Assembly: GCF_006345805.1 (NCBI RefSeq)
Contig: NC_043001.1
Coordinates: 86,428,001-86,492,000, forward strand
Direction of reading: 5' to 3'
Source of the DNA: Octopus sinensis
Lineage: Eukaryota
DNA length: 64,000 bases
The notes beneath the pieces are model-generated. The model ran no database searches. It was given only the letters and a program-made list of their open reading frames with translations, and was not told the origin of the DNA. A program made the translations under genes and the position numbers. Shown piece by piece: positions 1 through 13,411 of this stretch (positions within the stretch are counted from its first letter, which is position 1; each line of letters opens with the position of its first letter).

Positions 1-610
1 GGTAGTCATGATGGGTCTATTGGGCTTCGTACAATATCCAGCAGTTTAGTTTTTATTTCCCTATGTACATTGACAAATCCCAACAATGAATGACAACAAA
101 TACAAAACTTTATATCAAAATTCTATTATATTTAGAAGAAACCCAAGCCAAAAAAACAAACCTCTATGAGGTCGAATTGTTTGCAAAAATTTGTGTCGAA
201 TTGTCTGCAAAATATTGTGTCGAATTTGCCAAATTCACACGATATTTCTTTCAAATGTAGGTATAATGTTTTCGTAGAATATCGCGTAATATTGGCTTTT
301 TTTTTACTTAAATCAGAGAATATAGCACCGTAGAAATAAGTTCCAGTTTGAAGTACATAGACATACTCGACGGAATTTCATTCTTAAAAGAATAGCTGAG
401 TAATACGTAATACCTAATCTATCTCTTCTGGTAAAATAATTAGATACAGTTGATCAGGAGGCTCATCTGCAATAATCAGGGATCTTTAATCCTAAACCAA
501 CTATACAATATTGTTTATATGTAATGATTATTCTTCAAATATATGTGAAAATAATTATTTATATATTTCGCATTTTCATATCCCTATAATATGTTTATTG
601 CTTTTTTCAG

Positions 611-625
611 GATTTGAGAATCAAG
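611..625 (+). CDS. Micro-exon, 15 nt, phase 1-1 (x-F-E-N-Q)
   Basis: cttttttcag|GATTTGAGAATCAAG|gtaagt: pyrimidine tract, AG and consensus donor; length divisible by 3; flanks paralogous to those of 3987. Confidence 0.75.
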
Positions 626-726
626 GTAAGTAGATAATTATTTCATAATATATTTAAATTCATAATGCTGCATTTAATTTTTAAAATTCATCAAAATTTA
701 TAAGTAAACAAGCCTGATTATGGGGT

Positions 727-1085
727 TAACAAACTCGCTATGCAACCGCGTAGTGAGACTGAACAATTTTTCGGGTTCAGCCCCACTGCACGGTACCTTG
801 TGCAAGTGTCTTCTACTATAGTCCCAGGTCGGTCAATGCCATGTCAGTGAATTAGATAGAAGGAAACTCTAAAAATATGTCTTTCTATCTGCATTTGTCC
901 CCACCACAGCTTGACAACCAGTATTGTTTTCTTTTCATCCCTGTAACTTAGTCGTTTGGCAAAAGGGTCGATAGAATAAGTAGTAGACTTTAGAATAATC
1001 AATGGGATCAATTTGTATTTAATTCCTCTTTTAAGTCAGTGCTCCAGTACGGTTGGAATTCTATGAGTAAAACAAGTAAAAGCCA
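727..1085 (+). mobile_element. Decayed octopus tRNA-derived SINE
   Basis: Alignable by eye to the intact copy at 11348-11762; duplicated at about 4100-4410 with the exon unit. Confidence 0.6.
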
Positions 1086-1329
1086 AAATATGAATCAGCA
1101 TATACCAAAAGACACACTTGTATCTATGGCCCATTGAATAGAAATGAAGATTCTCTTGTCTTGGCTGAAATACAGCTGAAGATCTTTTTGTGAAAGATCT
1201 GCAATGGTTTTCTGAAATTTTTTAAACTTTCAAAGGGATCTCGAAGTCCTATCGTTTGAATAAAAGAATATATTTATAATTAAGTGAAATACATTTTAAT
1301 ATTTTACACGTGAAAAAAAGAAGGTGCCA

Positions 1330-1560
1330 AGCTGACAGAATCGTTTGCGCGCCAGTCAAAAATGTAATGAGTTATGAGCCCAAAATTTGGTCCCCCTTGT
1401 TCGGGTCTTTTCTCAACAACATCATAACTCCACGGGTCATGGCGTTGGGAATTCCCCCGTTCTCCTCCCAGCTGATGTAGACATGCATCACAACGAATGA
1501 GGCATCTGCACATGCACATGATGTTGCTACAAGCCTCTGAAATCGAGTTAACGCGTGCTG
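1330..1560 (-). mobile_element. LINE-like fragment homologous to 3060-3250
   Basis: Shared ...catggcgttgggaattcccccgtt... block. Confidence 0.45.
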
Positions 1561-1977
1561 TAGGTATGCGTCAGGGCGGATGAACAGAGAATCCTTTTCA
1601 AAAATTTCCCTTTCCTCTCAGGATAATGTAGGTGAAGTTAAGTAGTTTGTGTCTTGTTGTAGAGCACTGATCTCCAGATAACAGTTGGGTCTTTGAAAAA
1701 AAGTGAAAAAACTCCTGCCTAATATTAGTCCCAGAAACTATGTCTCAATGGCCGCTCGGAATGAGTTATTATGTATATGAATACAATAAAGCCAATCTTT
1801 ATTCTGAAGATTATTTAGTCAAGATGGAACGATTGTGTTCATCTTCTGGCAAAATAGTAAAACGCAGTTGCTCAGAAAATTCTAAATAATTGTATCTGAC
1901 ACCACTCTTTTATTTAGTTATTTATTTATTGTTATAACAATAACAAAAAACAAAAGCCAGAAAAAATTTTTGTTGCA

Positions 1978-3300
1978 GTGTCCATCCTCGCCAGTCACCT
2001 ACCTTTCAACAAAATTGCTGGAAGGAGGGGGCAGTACTTTCCTCTCCACCCTCACCTTTTCAAGTCTAACTTGAAAATAGTCGATGAGGATTTGGTCTAA
2101 GGGGAAAGTATCTTCCTTCAGTCCTTCCAACCTCGTCCATCATACAACCTCTTTCGTCATAACTACCACATAGAAGAAAACTACTTTCCCTTCCCGACTA
2201 AAAGAAGGCAGCAGAGCGATCTTCTCGGTGGAATCGGCTGATAACCGGATCTGTCCTACATACATCAGGAACTGTTCGAGAAAACTCCGTCAGACAGCAG
2301 TACCTGGACACTGGACGAATCCATGCAGACCGATTTCGTCACTCTGCGCTAATCTCAGTTCTTGTCCACTTGGAGGTCTGGACAAAACTAGACCCCAAGC
2401 AATTTAAGCGGTCTTTTCGTCCATCACCCCACGACACTGTTGTTTAGCATAGCTCTGCTTCCCCAGATGCCGAGCTGCAAACTTCTTTTTAATCTTTACT
2501 CCTGTCACCGCTTCGTACTTCCTTAAGTTAGTACTGATCACCTTGATTTCCGAAATATTCGACACTTCTACAGTGACGTCCACCGCATAAGCCGAAGCAA
2601 ACATTCTGGAGCCTAGTTAACGCGGGATGCCCCTCGAAACATTCAACTTTCTTAGTAATGGCTCGAGAGCCAGCACCGACAGAAAAGGCGAGACTGGGCA
2701 ACCTTGACGGAACGAACGTGCGATGCTAATCGATTCCGACAGATGGTCAATTACTTTTACCACCGAACATTGCAGCGATCAAACCTCTGAGAACAGGACC
2801 GAAACTAGCTGCCGTGAGCCTAGCCTCAACGTATTGATGATGGACCCAATCTAAAGCTTTTTATTGATCCAACTTGATCAGGGCCACACATATGACAGGT
2901 TCCTTTCCTACCCTCTCTCTGATGTAGCATGTGTGCTGGGGGTTGTCGTGGATAGATCTGTTTGAGATAGTACAGTCTGCGCGTCACCTACCAGATTATC
3001 GGCAACAAACTCAACCTCTTGTCTAACACCTTGTCCAAAGTCTTTTAATCTACATTCAGCAAAGTTATGGGCCCTCTTGTTCGGTTCTTTTCTCAACAGT
3101 ATCATAACGCCACGGGTTACAGCATTGGGAATTCCCCCCGTTATCTTCCCAGTTGATGTAGACACGCACCACGAGATCACGCAACAAGTCTGACATATGA
3201 AAACAAAGCTCCAAGGGCAGACCACCCAACCCCAGTGACTTCTCTCTTGTGAAGCTTATCATCCCGTTCTTTATGCCAGCAGCTGTTATCAGCATTTCAC
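1978..3300 (-). mobile_element. Degraded L1/Tx1-clade reverse transcriptase fragment
   Basis: Minus-strand LIKLDQ*KALDWVHH, RSFRQGCPVSPFLSVLALEPLLRKL and SAYAVDVT match L1/Tx1 RT motifs; contains stops. Confidence 0.75.
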
Positions 3301-3986
3301 AGAACTCCGCATCCCTGGCCTAAAGGTGTGGCATTCCAATGAGGTAAGAGGTGAAATCCATCCCGTTCCCAACTCACCTCGTACTCCGTACAGTTCGGCA
3401 AACTTCTGTTGAATTTCTGCACACATCTACTAAAATTTGAGCAGCATGCGCCCGTTCTGGACCGTCAAAGACTAAATTTGTCTTTGTTACCACGTTGCAA
3501 TTCTTCCCTCATCGAACGACTTTCCACCCCTTGTGTCTTAGCACATGTGCCCTAGCTCTGACAACACAACCTTCGTGTTTGGCATTGAAATATTGAACAA
3601 GAACCAATCTCGCCGCCACCGTCCCTCATGTAGCTTCCTAATTAGGTCTGCCTCTAAGACTATATTTACTAAACCTTACTGCCTTTACTCTAATAGCCCG
3701 GGGGCAAAACAATGCGTTCATACACATACTCGACGGACATTCGTTGTTCTAAAGAATGCTTAATTAATTTGTGGTGCTTAAGCTAACTCTTCTAATCGAA
3801 AGATTAAATACTTTTGATCAGAAGGTCCATCTGCAATAATCAATGATCTTCAGTCCTAAACTATCTACACAATATGGTTTGTGTTGGTTTCTATTTGTTA
3901 TTCTTTAAATGTATGTGAGCCTAATCATTTATATATTTGATGTTTTCATATCGCTATAATACTTTTATTGTTTTTTGCTTTTTCAG

Positions 3987-4001
3987 CGATAGTGATACAT
4001 G
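3987..4001 (+). CDS. Micro-exon, 15 nt, phase 1-1 (A-I-V-I-H)
   Basis: gctttttcag|CGATAGTGATACATG|gtaagt; flanks duplicate those of 611; open in phase 1. Confidence 0.72.
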
Positions 4002-4682
4002 GTAAGTAGATAATTACTTCATGTATTTATATTCATAATTTTGCAATTTTATGAAAGATTTATTTATCAATTTTCAACTATCAACCTGCTCAGTTGTCTG
4101 GTTAACAAACTAGCTTTACAAACATCTGTTTTCCAGTTCAATCCCACAGCGCGGTACCTTGTACATGTGTCTTCAACTATAGTCCCGGACCAGCTAATGC
4201 CTTGTGAGCGAAACTGATAGATGCGCGTTCGTGCGCGCGTTTGTGTCTTTGTGTCAGCGTTTGTCCCTACCACAGCTTGACAACCGATATTGATTGCTTT
4301 ACGCTCCGTAATTTAGTCGTTTGTCAAATGGAATCGAGCAATATATTTTAATGTATCCTTTAAGGCAGTGCTCCAGCATGGCCGGAATCTTATGAGTGAA
4401 ACAAGTAAAAACTAAAATACGAATCAGCATACACCAAAGACACACTGGTATCTATGACCCATTGAATAGGAATGAAGAATGTTTTGTCCTGGCTGAAAGC
4501 CTGCTGGAGAGTTTTTAGTGAAAGATCTGCAATGGTTTTCTGAAAAATTTAAGCTTCCAAAAAATTCGGGGATCTCGAAGTCTTATCATTTGAATGAAGG
4601 AAAATATTTTTAATTAACATTTTTTAATATTTTACATGACTACAGGTAATAATTTGGTTAAAGACTGCGGTTAATAATTCTT

Positions 4683-5085
4683 TGGCTGTGTGATAAGTAG
4701 CTTGCTTACGAACCACATGGTTCCGGATTCAGTCCCACTGCGTGGCACCTTGGGCAAGTGTCTTCTACTATAGCCTCGGAAACGGAAAGAAGCCCGTCGT
4801 ATATATGTATATATGTCTGTGTATGTGTGTGTGTCTGTGTGTGTGTATGTGTGCGTATGTGTGTGTGTGTGTGTGTATGTTTGTGTGTCTGTATTTGTCC
4901 CCCCAACGTCGCTTGACAACCGATGCTGGTGTGTTTACGTCTCCGTAACTTAGCAATTCGGCAAAAGATCCCGATAGAGTAAGTACTAGGCTAATGAAGA
5001 ATAAGTCCTGGTATCGATTTGCTCGTCTAAAAGCGGTGCTCCAGCATGGCCACAGTCAAATGATTGAAACAAGTAAAAGAGTAAA
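4683..5085 (+). mobile_element. Octopus tRNA-derived SINE with internal (TG)n
   Basis: Head tggctgtgtgataagtagcttgc, tail gaaacaagtaaaagag. Confidence 0.8.
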
Positions 5086-6264
5086 CTAACATATGGATTG
5101 TCTCTATGCAATAGGAGATCAAACCTCACTCGAAACAGCAATAACTTTAAACACAATAAAGCTTGTATCATGATAGGATATTGGGTGTTTTGAAGATCAT
5201 CATCCTTCAAGTGCCAAAAGCGACTCGGGTATCTGCGCATAAGGGGATGTTGCTACAAACCTCAGAAAGTGAACTAATGCATACTGAAGTAACTGAATAA
5301 AAATTTAGTGAGACTGTGTAATGGCAGATGTCCAATCCTTTTTTTTAAATGCCTCTCAAGTTACCGATGATGCAATCAAATAGTTTGTATCCTGTTGTAG
5401 ACCCCCGGGGCTCCAGACAAAAATTGGGGCTTGTGAAAAGTGCGAAAAAAGTCCCGTCTAATATTAGTCTCACAAGCTGTGTCTCAATGGCCACTTAGTG
5501 TATATGTATGAAATAGTGTAATTTCTCTTGAGGGCCAACCTTTATTCCAAAGGTTATTTAATCAACATGGAGCGATTGCATTCCTCTTTCTGCAGAAGAG
5601 TAAGACGACGCAGTTGTTCAGAAAATTCTGTATCTGGCAACACCATGTTTTTGTTTTGTTTTGCTGTTGTTTTTTTTTTTTCTTTTTGTCATAACAACGA
5701 AAAAAGAAAAATTAGCAGCAATTGTTTTTGTTGTAGCAAACAGTCCGCACTATAATTTCATCGTGTCCCCCCCACACACACACACAAACACAAACACACG
5801 TGCACATACGTACATGGACACGTACGAACATACACACAAACATACACACATACACACATCTGCAAATATCTCTCAAAATATATCACATAAATCATTTCCT
5901 CATTTTGTGTCCTAAATACTTAAACTCATTAGTGATACATAGACCGCAAACTCATTAGTGACACATAGACCACAAATTATGGTAACATATGTCTAAACGC
6001 ATACGTCAACATAAATATATTTACATTTGGTATAAACTTTGATAAATTATGGTGTTTCGGTCTAAATTGCCCCAAGCAATCAGACAGATAATTTTGAAGT
6101 TACTTTTAGTGGAATCATGACCCATTCAAATATGGAGTTATTGTTAACTGAGATGTATCCATGTATGGGTGGCTTGTCTCGCATCCTTTGGAGATATTTG
6201 TTCAGATAGCGTTTAAAGATGATGGAATCTTTTTCATTTCTTTGCTTATTCAGAAACCTTTTGA

Positions 6265-6483
6265 GCGGGGTGGACTACTCGACCTAAAAAAATTTCTAAC
6301 TAGGCCCCCGCCTACAAGGTCATACGCTGTCTATCTCGATATGAGATCACCATATCGTGCACATATGATTGTGATGCATGTGCTTGGTGTACTCTTATCA
6401 GACGGGTAATCATGATGAGTATTTTGGGCTCCGTATATTTGTACTTCTTTGTCACTTTGACGGCATGCACTGCTCTCTCACTC

Positions 6484-6572
<89 letters not shown>

Positions 6573-6593
6573 TACTATTACTATTACTATTAC

Positions 6594-6629
<36 letters not shown>

Positions 6630-6642
6630 TACTATTACTATT

Positions 6643-6683
<41 letters not shown>

Positions 6684-6860
6684 CATTATTATTATTATCA
6701 TCATTATTATTATTATTATTATTATTATACCTTGATGTAGTACCAGACAATGGTTCTCATGGCTTCTGATCTTAACTGACTGGAAGTGTTATCATATGAA
6801 TTGTTTTGTCTTGGTATAAAAGATTGGCTACAGCAAATATTCGACTCAATACCAGAGATT
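6265..6860. mobile_element. Two retroposon 3' ends tail-to-tail sharing an (AAT)n/(ATT)n tract
   Basis: ...gcatgcactgctctctcactc(AAT)n then (ATT)n and a second repeat end; a fragment of the first family recurs at window positions 1-30. Confidence 0.55.
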
Positions 6861-7116
6861 CAATATTTTCATTAAGGACATACTTATATTCCAAGCATTT
6901 GTTACGGACTCTTTCATGAAATAAAAACTATTCCACTAGATCATATTATATAGTAGATTAGGAACCAAAATATAAAATAATTTTCTACAACATAACATAA
7001 CAGTTGACCATATTAGTATGGTATATTGTCAACTGATTTTTGGAACAATATTGGAATTATTACGTTTATATATTTGTTTTGCAAGATTTTTGATGTGGAA
7101 TCGTGTGTTGAAACAG

Positions 7117-7455
7117 ATATTGTTGTATTTAGGAATGGTCATTTTGCCAGTTTAGCCAATAAAAACACACGCACTATATATTTGGTGTTACTTTGCTTCA
7201 GCGCTATTTATTTTTTACATTAATCTTAATCATATTTCGTCCAGAGTTCTTTCGTCACGCTCCTGTGACCGGATCAGTGGTCCTTTGCTTTCTTCTGATG
7301 CGGTCACAGGAGTGTGACGAAAGAACTCTGGCCGAAATAAGATTAAGATTAATGTAAAAAATAAATAACGCTGAAGCAAAGTAACACCAAATATATAGTG
7401 CGTGTGTTTTTATTGGCTAAACTGGCAAAATGACCATTCCTACATACAACAATAT
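7117..7455. repeat. About 340-bp fold-back element, arms about 155 bp
   Basis: 7117-7271 is the near-perfect reverse complement of 7301-7455. Confidence 0.85.
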
Positions 7456-7949
7456 TGGAATTATTATTTTCTAGATTAACGGAAATATTCAAAATTGTAT
7501 ATTTTCAAAACTATGTAATAAATCTGTTAATTATTTTACGCATTTACGTTAACATCAATATTTTTAAAATTCCTATTTTCATAAAAATATGAAATGTTTA
7601 TAATTTTTACAGATTGTACCTCAATGAGTGTGTAGATTTTTCATAACCATAAAACACACACCTAGATAGCATTGAATTACAATCGAGATTAATTTGCTTG
7701 TAACGCTTTCAAATAGACACACATTTGTTTGCGAGTGTACGTATGTATGCATTTATGTATATGCACAACATAAATATATATACTTCTGTTTCATGTTCAT
7801 GCACAAAAAAAATGGGTTTACCTATAACTATTCAGTGGTTGTTTATTTTAAAGTATACGTTCAAACTAGTTAATGACGAAAGACTGTTTTATGAAATTTA
7901 ATTTACATTTTTTTTTTTTATTATTTCATTTTTTTTTTTCATTTTTCAG

Positions 7950-7973
7950 TCAAAGATCAAGAACCGGAATTTT
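7950..7973 (+). CDS. Micro-exon, 24 nt (V-K-D-Q-E-P-E-F)
   Basis: atttttcag|TCAAAGATCAAGAACCGGAATTTT|gtgagt. Confidence 0.78.
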
Positions 7974-8592
7974 GTGAGTACAACAGCTTCGTTACTTTAC
8001 TTCCCTATATATATAGCATCACTAATATCTGAACACATTTTTTTCAATAATATTGATTACTACATTACACAATGCATAATATTGCAAAATACTTTTGAAT
8101 CCCTGAAACATACAAATTACATAGTACTCGGTGTATCGGTAACGTTTGGTCTATTTCAGTTTTCAATCCACATTTCAAATTAGTTATTTTCTCTATACTA
8201 GTATAATATTAATAACGTAGTGGGCGAGTGTTCGACAAATAAATCAAATTTGACTAAATAGGAATCACAACAATATGAATAATTTGTCAAATATAATATA
8301 CTCCTTACGAACATATATGTATATATTCCAAATGATATTTAAGAACTCTAACATAAAAAAGTATTCCTCGAAAATGTATAGTATAGCATATCAAACATCA
8401 CAATATATAAATATTTTCTTGAGGTTAATATAAACACGAGATGCTTCATTTTAATGATATCATATACGTCATAAATTCATAAAATTTTCATATCGATTTC
8501 AAAAACACACCGAAACTCTGAGTAAAACTTTCATTCATAGTGGAGTATATGTCTTTCTATGAATGTGTGTGAGTGTGTGTGTGTGTGTGTGA

Positions 8593-8638
<46 letters not shown>

Positions 8639-8720
8639 TGAGTGTCTTGTGTGTGTGTGTGAGTGAGTATTTTGTTTGCGTGTGTGTGTTGCGTTTGTGA
8701 GTTTGTTTTAAATATATATA

Positions 8721-8970
8721 GCGCAGGAGTGGCTGCGTGGTAAATAGCGTGCTTACCAACCACATGGTTCCGGGTTCAGTCTCTCTGCATGACACCTTGG
8801 GCATGTGTTTTCTGTTGTAGGTTCGGGTAGACCAAAGACTTCTGAGTGGATTTCATAGGCGGAAACATGAAGAAGCCCGTCATATATATTCATGTGTATG
8901 TGTGTGTGTGGCTTTGTGTTTATCTCCCCACCATCACTTGACAACCGATGCTGGTGTGTTTGCGTCCCCG

Positions 8971-9023
<53 letters not shown>

Positions 9024-9150
9024 TGAGTTTGTGTTATATATATAGCGCAGGAGTGGCTGCGTGATAAGTAGCTTACTTACCAACCATACGGTTCCTGGTT
9101 CAGTCCCACTGCGTGGCACCTTGGGCATGTGTCTTCTGCTGTAGGTTCGG
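8721..9150 (+). mobile_element. Two tandem partial SINE copies
   Basis: gcgcaggagtggctgcgtg heads at 8721 and 9045. Confidence 0.75.
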
Positions 9151-10282
9151 GGAAAGAAACACAAAGACACACACACACGCACACACATATGCGTAAACAA
9201 CCAGAGAAACAAATGGAAAAGGGATAAGTAACATAAAGAACGACCCTTCATCAGTTGTCGGCTGCCTAAATACTCCTCATTTCGAGCTTTGAACGACAAT
9301 ATGAGTCTTCGAAGGCAGCTGCTCCCACAAAATCCAAAATAAATTTGGGGATTTATGGAGGGTCAATGATGGTAACAAACGATAGTTAAGTATGAGCAAC
9401 GAGAGAGAGTAAAGGAGAAAGTGGGGGAGGGAGAGAGACAGATAGAAAACGGTGAAGGGGAGAAAAACGGAATTTTCAGCACACACCTAATTTAATATTA
9501 TTTTATTCCTGCTGGTATAATACTGACAGCGTGGGTAATTTTTTGTTTTTTCTTGGAGGAGAGGACTTCAATCAAATTTCATTCGATTCGGATACCTGTA
9601 TTATGAATAACTTCTTGAATGTAATATTTTCATTAAGGTCATGCATTTTTTACGAAATCTATCATGACATACAAACAATTCCACTAGATCATATATTGTA
9701 GAATAGGAACCAAAATATAAATTTTCTTCAGTATAACACAACATTTAACAATAGTAGTAACGTAAATTGTCAATGTATAATATGGTAATTATTATTATTA
9801 TATAGATTAACATACATATTGACTCGTCTATATTTTCAAAACTATATAATAAATCTGTTAATTATTTTATGCATTTACGTTAACATCAATATTATAAAGA
9901 TTCCTATTTTCATCAAATATTCAATTTTTATAACTTTTACAGATTTTTGCCTCAATGAGTGTGCAGAAATTTCATAGGCATAAAACACACACCTAAATAG
10001 CATTGAGTTAAAATCTGTATTCATTTCTTTATAGTGCTTACAAATGGACATGCATTTCTATCCGAGTGTGCGTATGTATGCATTTATGTATATACACAAC
10101 GTAAATATATATACTTCTCTTTCATGGTCATACCACAAGAGATTATTTACATATGAACTATTCAGTGGTTGTTTATTTTGAAGTATACATTCAAACTAGT
10201 TAGTAAGGAACGGTTGTTTTATCAGAATTAATTTACATTTTTTCTGGTTTTTTATTTCGTTTTTATCATTTTTCTGTTGAAG

Positions 10283-10300
10283 ATCCTGAAGCGGAAATTG
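10283..10300 (+). CDS. Candidate 18-nt micro-exon using a shifted acceptor (x-P-E-A-E-I)
   Basis: The paralogous acceptor position reads ctg; an in-frame AAG lies 6 nt downstream; donor gtgagt intact. Confidence 0.45.
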
Positions 10301-10799
10301 GTGAGTACAAAAGATTCGTTGCTTTACTTCTCTATGCATAGCATAACTAATATCTAAGCAGGCTTTTTTTCAATAATGTAAACTTCTTCGTTACACAGTG
10401 TATATATTACAAAAGACATTTGAATCCCCAAAACATACAAATTGCGTAGTACTCAGTGTATTGGTAACGTTTGATCAATTTCAATTTTCAACCCAGATTT
10501 TAATTTAGGAAAAGAAAGATGCACGATGGTTACGTGTGAGCAGCGAGAGAGAGTAAAGAAAAAAGAGAGATGCAGATAGAGAACTGTGAAGGGGAGAAAA
10601 AAGGAATTAGAGAAAGGATGAGAGAGAAAACGATAAGAAGAGTAAACAGTAGAGGATAGAGTCGCATCAAAATGATTCAGATAAACAGCATTCAATCAAA
10701 TAATAATATAAATATATATATGCATATATATACATATATATATATGTATGTACATATATATATATATAGAGAGAGAGAGGGGGAGAGAGAGAGAGAGAG

Positions 10800-10901
<102 letters not shown>

Positions 10902-11347
10902 AGAGAGAGGGAGTATAAGGTGTGATGTGCAGAAATTGAATATTAAGAAAAAAAGGTCGTCAGAATTTTGGAAACAACCCTTTAGTTCACTATTATTAGC
11001 GCTTTCGTTCCTTTCTAGAACTTGTCAAATAAAATGTGAATGCACAAGCAGCTTGTTGATTTATATAAAACATGCTTTTTAACAGTTTTGTTTAGGAGAG
11101 AATATTGATATTGTTTTTTGTTTTTTTTTCGGTTGAGTTTCTATGACAATGGAGATGGATAGATAGAAATATCACCTTACTATTCACCGTTTATTTATTT
11201 ATTTATTTAGTCGTTTACCATTGTATTGGTTTAAGGATGGTGACCTCTTCAAAAACAAAATAGTTGCGGTTTGGTCATCACTGAAAGTCATTTTGTTTAA
11301 TTTCTCTCTTCACCCTTCTTTTTTTCCTTTCTTTCTATATATATCTC

Positions 11348-11760
11348 TCTTTTACTCTTTTACTCTTTTACTTGTTTCAGTCATTTGACTGCGGCCATGC
11401 TGGAGCACCGCCTTTAGTCGGGCAACTCGACCCCGGGACTTATTCTTTGTAAGCCCAGTATTTATTCTATCGGTCTCTTTTGCCGAACCTCTAAGTAACG
11501 GGGGACACAAACACACCAGCATCGGTTGTCAAGCAATGCTAGGGGGAAAAACACAGACACACAAACACACACACGCATATATATATACATACATAAATAC
11601 GACAGGCTTCTTTCAGTTTCCGTCTACCAAATCCACTCATAAGGCTTTGGTCGGCCCGAGGCTATAGTAGAAGACACCTGCCCAAGGTGCCACGCAGTGG
11701 GACTGAACCCGGAACCATGTGGCTGGTAAACAAGCAACTTACCACACACCCACTCCTGCG

Positions 11761-11762
<2 letters not shown>
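11348..11762 (-). mobile_element. Full-length octopus tRNA-derived SINE
   Basis: Complete head to tail on the minus strand, next to (TA)n. Confidence 0.85.
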
Positions 11763-11823
<61 letters not shown>

Positions 11824-12006
11824 TTATTTATATTTATATGTATATATATATGTATGTATATATTTCAAATTAGTTAATTTCTTTAAACTTGTATAAGGTT
11901 TATAACGTAGTGGGCGGAAGTTCCATAAATAAATCAAATTTGATTAAATTGGAATCGCTACAATATGAATAATTTGTTAAATATACTATATTCCTTGTGA
12001 ACATAT

Positions 12007-12050
<44 letters not shown>

Positions 12051-12519
12051 AAAGAGTGAAAAAACTACAGAAGGCTTGTTTTATAAGGTTAAAGAATATA
12101 TTTAAGTCGTTACGTTAGAAGTCTGTTATAAAAGTTTTCATATAGTTACATAGTGTTTGAATAAATTACCAGTTTCGTATTAACTTTTCAAATTTCTCAA
12201 ATGTCTTTACCTACATCGTGTTATGTCTTCGTTATGCAGTGCAAAGAAGAGTTCCAGGCAGGGGGAGGTAATAAGCGATTTACTCCGGTATAAGGGAGAG
12301 AGATATTCGCTTTATATTTCTTTTCCCTTATTTAATGGGATGAGTTTCTCTGTATAAGAATGTTAGAATGGTTAAGTTTAGGCTTATATTTTTCAATGAA
12401 GAATTTTTCCTTGTTTAATCTAATTTGTGTTAGTGTTCCAATAGCACATTGATAGAATGGAAAGATTAAAAATTAAATTAATATAGTTACATAGTTTTTA
12501 TAATGTTATTAACCAACAC

Positions 12520-12890
12520 ATAAAATCCGCCGTAATGGTTTCGCCTGGATCCAAAAAGCTGAGATGGATGAGACGCTTGCTCATCAGTGGTCCATTGATA
12601 TGAAAGACTTCGATCGAATGTTGACGCATCTCAAATACTCGTGCCATTATATAATCCGTTCTGATTCGGAAAATTCCGTAGAAGAATTATTATTGATCCT
12701 ATATTTCTTTGGGGTTAATGAGGCGGCATGCCGGAAGGTGTGAGTTCAAGAATTCAATACGATATTTGTCAGCATCTGTAAGGTCATAAGAGAGCACTCT
12801 ATCAGTACTGTAATAAGTATGACAATTACTAGAAAGTTGACTTAGAAACTCTTCATAGGCAATCGGCGTTCTTGAAACATAAAAAATATT
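12520..12890 (-). mobile_element. Helitron/PIF1-like helicase fossil
   Basis: Minus-strand TYYSTD...KYRIEFLNS / PSGMPPH / IGSIIILLRNF / GLYNGT match the Helitron helicase motif region; frameshifted. Confidence 0.75.
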
Positions 12891-13220
12891 GCTGACATAT
12901 AGTAGTCACTTCGCAAACTCTCTCTCTTCCTTTCAGTTTTCGTTTAACATTTGCAATTCTAGTTTTCAATTTCGAAATTATTTAACGAAGTATAGGAACA
13001 AAATCACTATTGCCAGGATGATCGAGAAAAACGAGTTCAAATTTATGATCTGTTGTCTGTTGTTCTGCATATATGCAGTTTCATATTTTTATAATGTTAT
13101 TAACCAACACATCAATATGAAAATCGAAAATCTTCCTTTGGAGTTGGAGAGTCAGTGGATTAGCTTTATAACGATAGTCTACAAATATATCAGGTTGCAA
13201 ACATAGATACATACATATAT

Positions 13221-13411
13221 ACTCTTTTATTCTTTTACTTGTTTCAGTCATTTGGCTACGGCCATGCTGGAGCACCGCCTTTAGTCAAGCAAATCGACCC
13301 CAGGACTTATTCTTCGTAAGCCTCGTACTTATTCGATCGGACTCATTTGCCGAACCGCTAAGTTACGGTGACGTAGACACACCAGCATCGGTTGTCAAGC
13401 GATGGTGGGGG
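13221..13411 (-). mobile_element. SINE 3' half
   Basis: Tail and body match 11348-11540; interrupted by the satellite. Confidence 0.75.

Noticed and set aside
6412-6735. Signal-peptide-like ORF MMSILGSVYLYFFVTLTACTALSL followed by poly-N/I
   Set aside because: It is the 3' end of a dispersed retroposon (fragment also at positions 1-30) running into (AAT)/(ATT)n; it has no donor and lies downstream of the first micro-exons
7295-7345. CTGATG...gtcac/gtgac...GAAA hammerhead-like motif in the fold-back arm
   Set aside because: Core spacing is wrong and stems I and III cannot be formed
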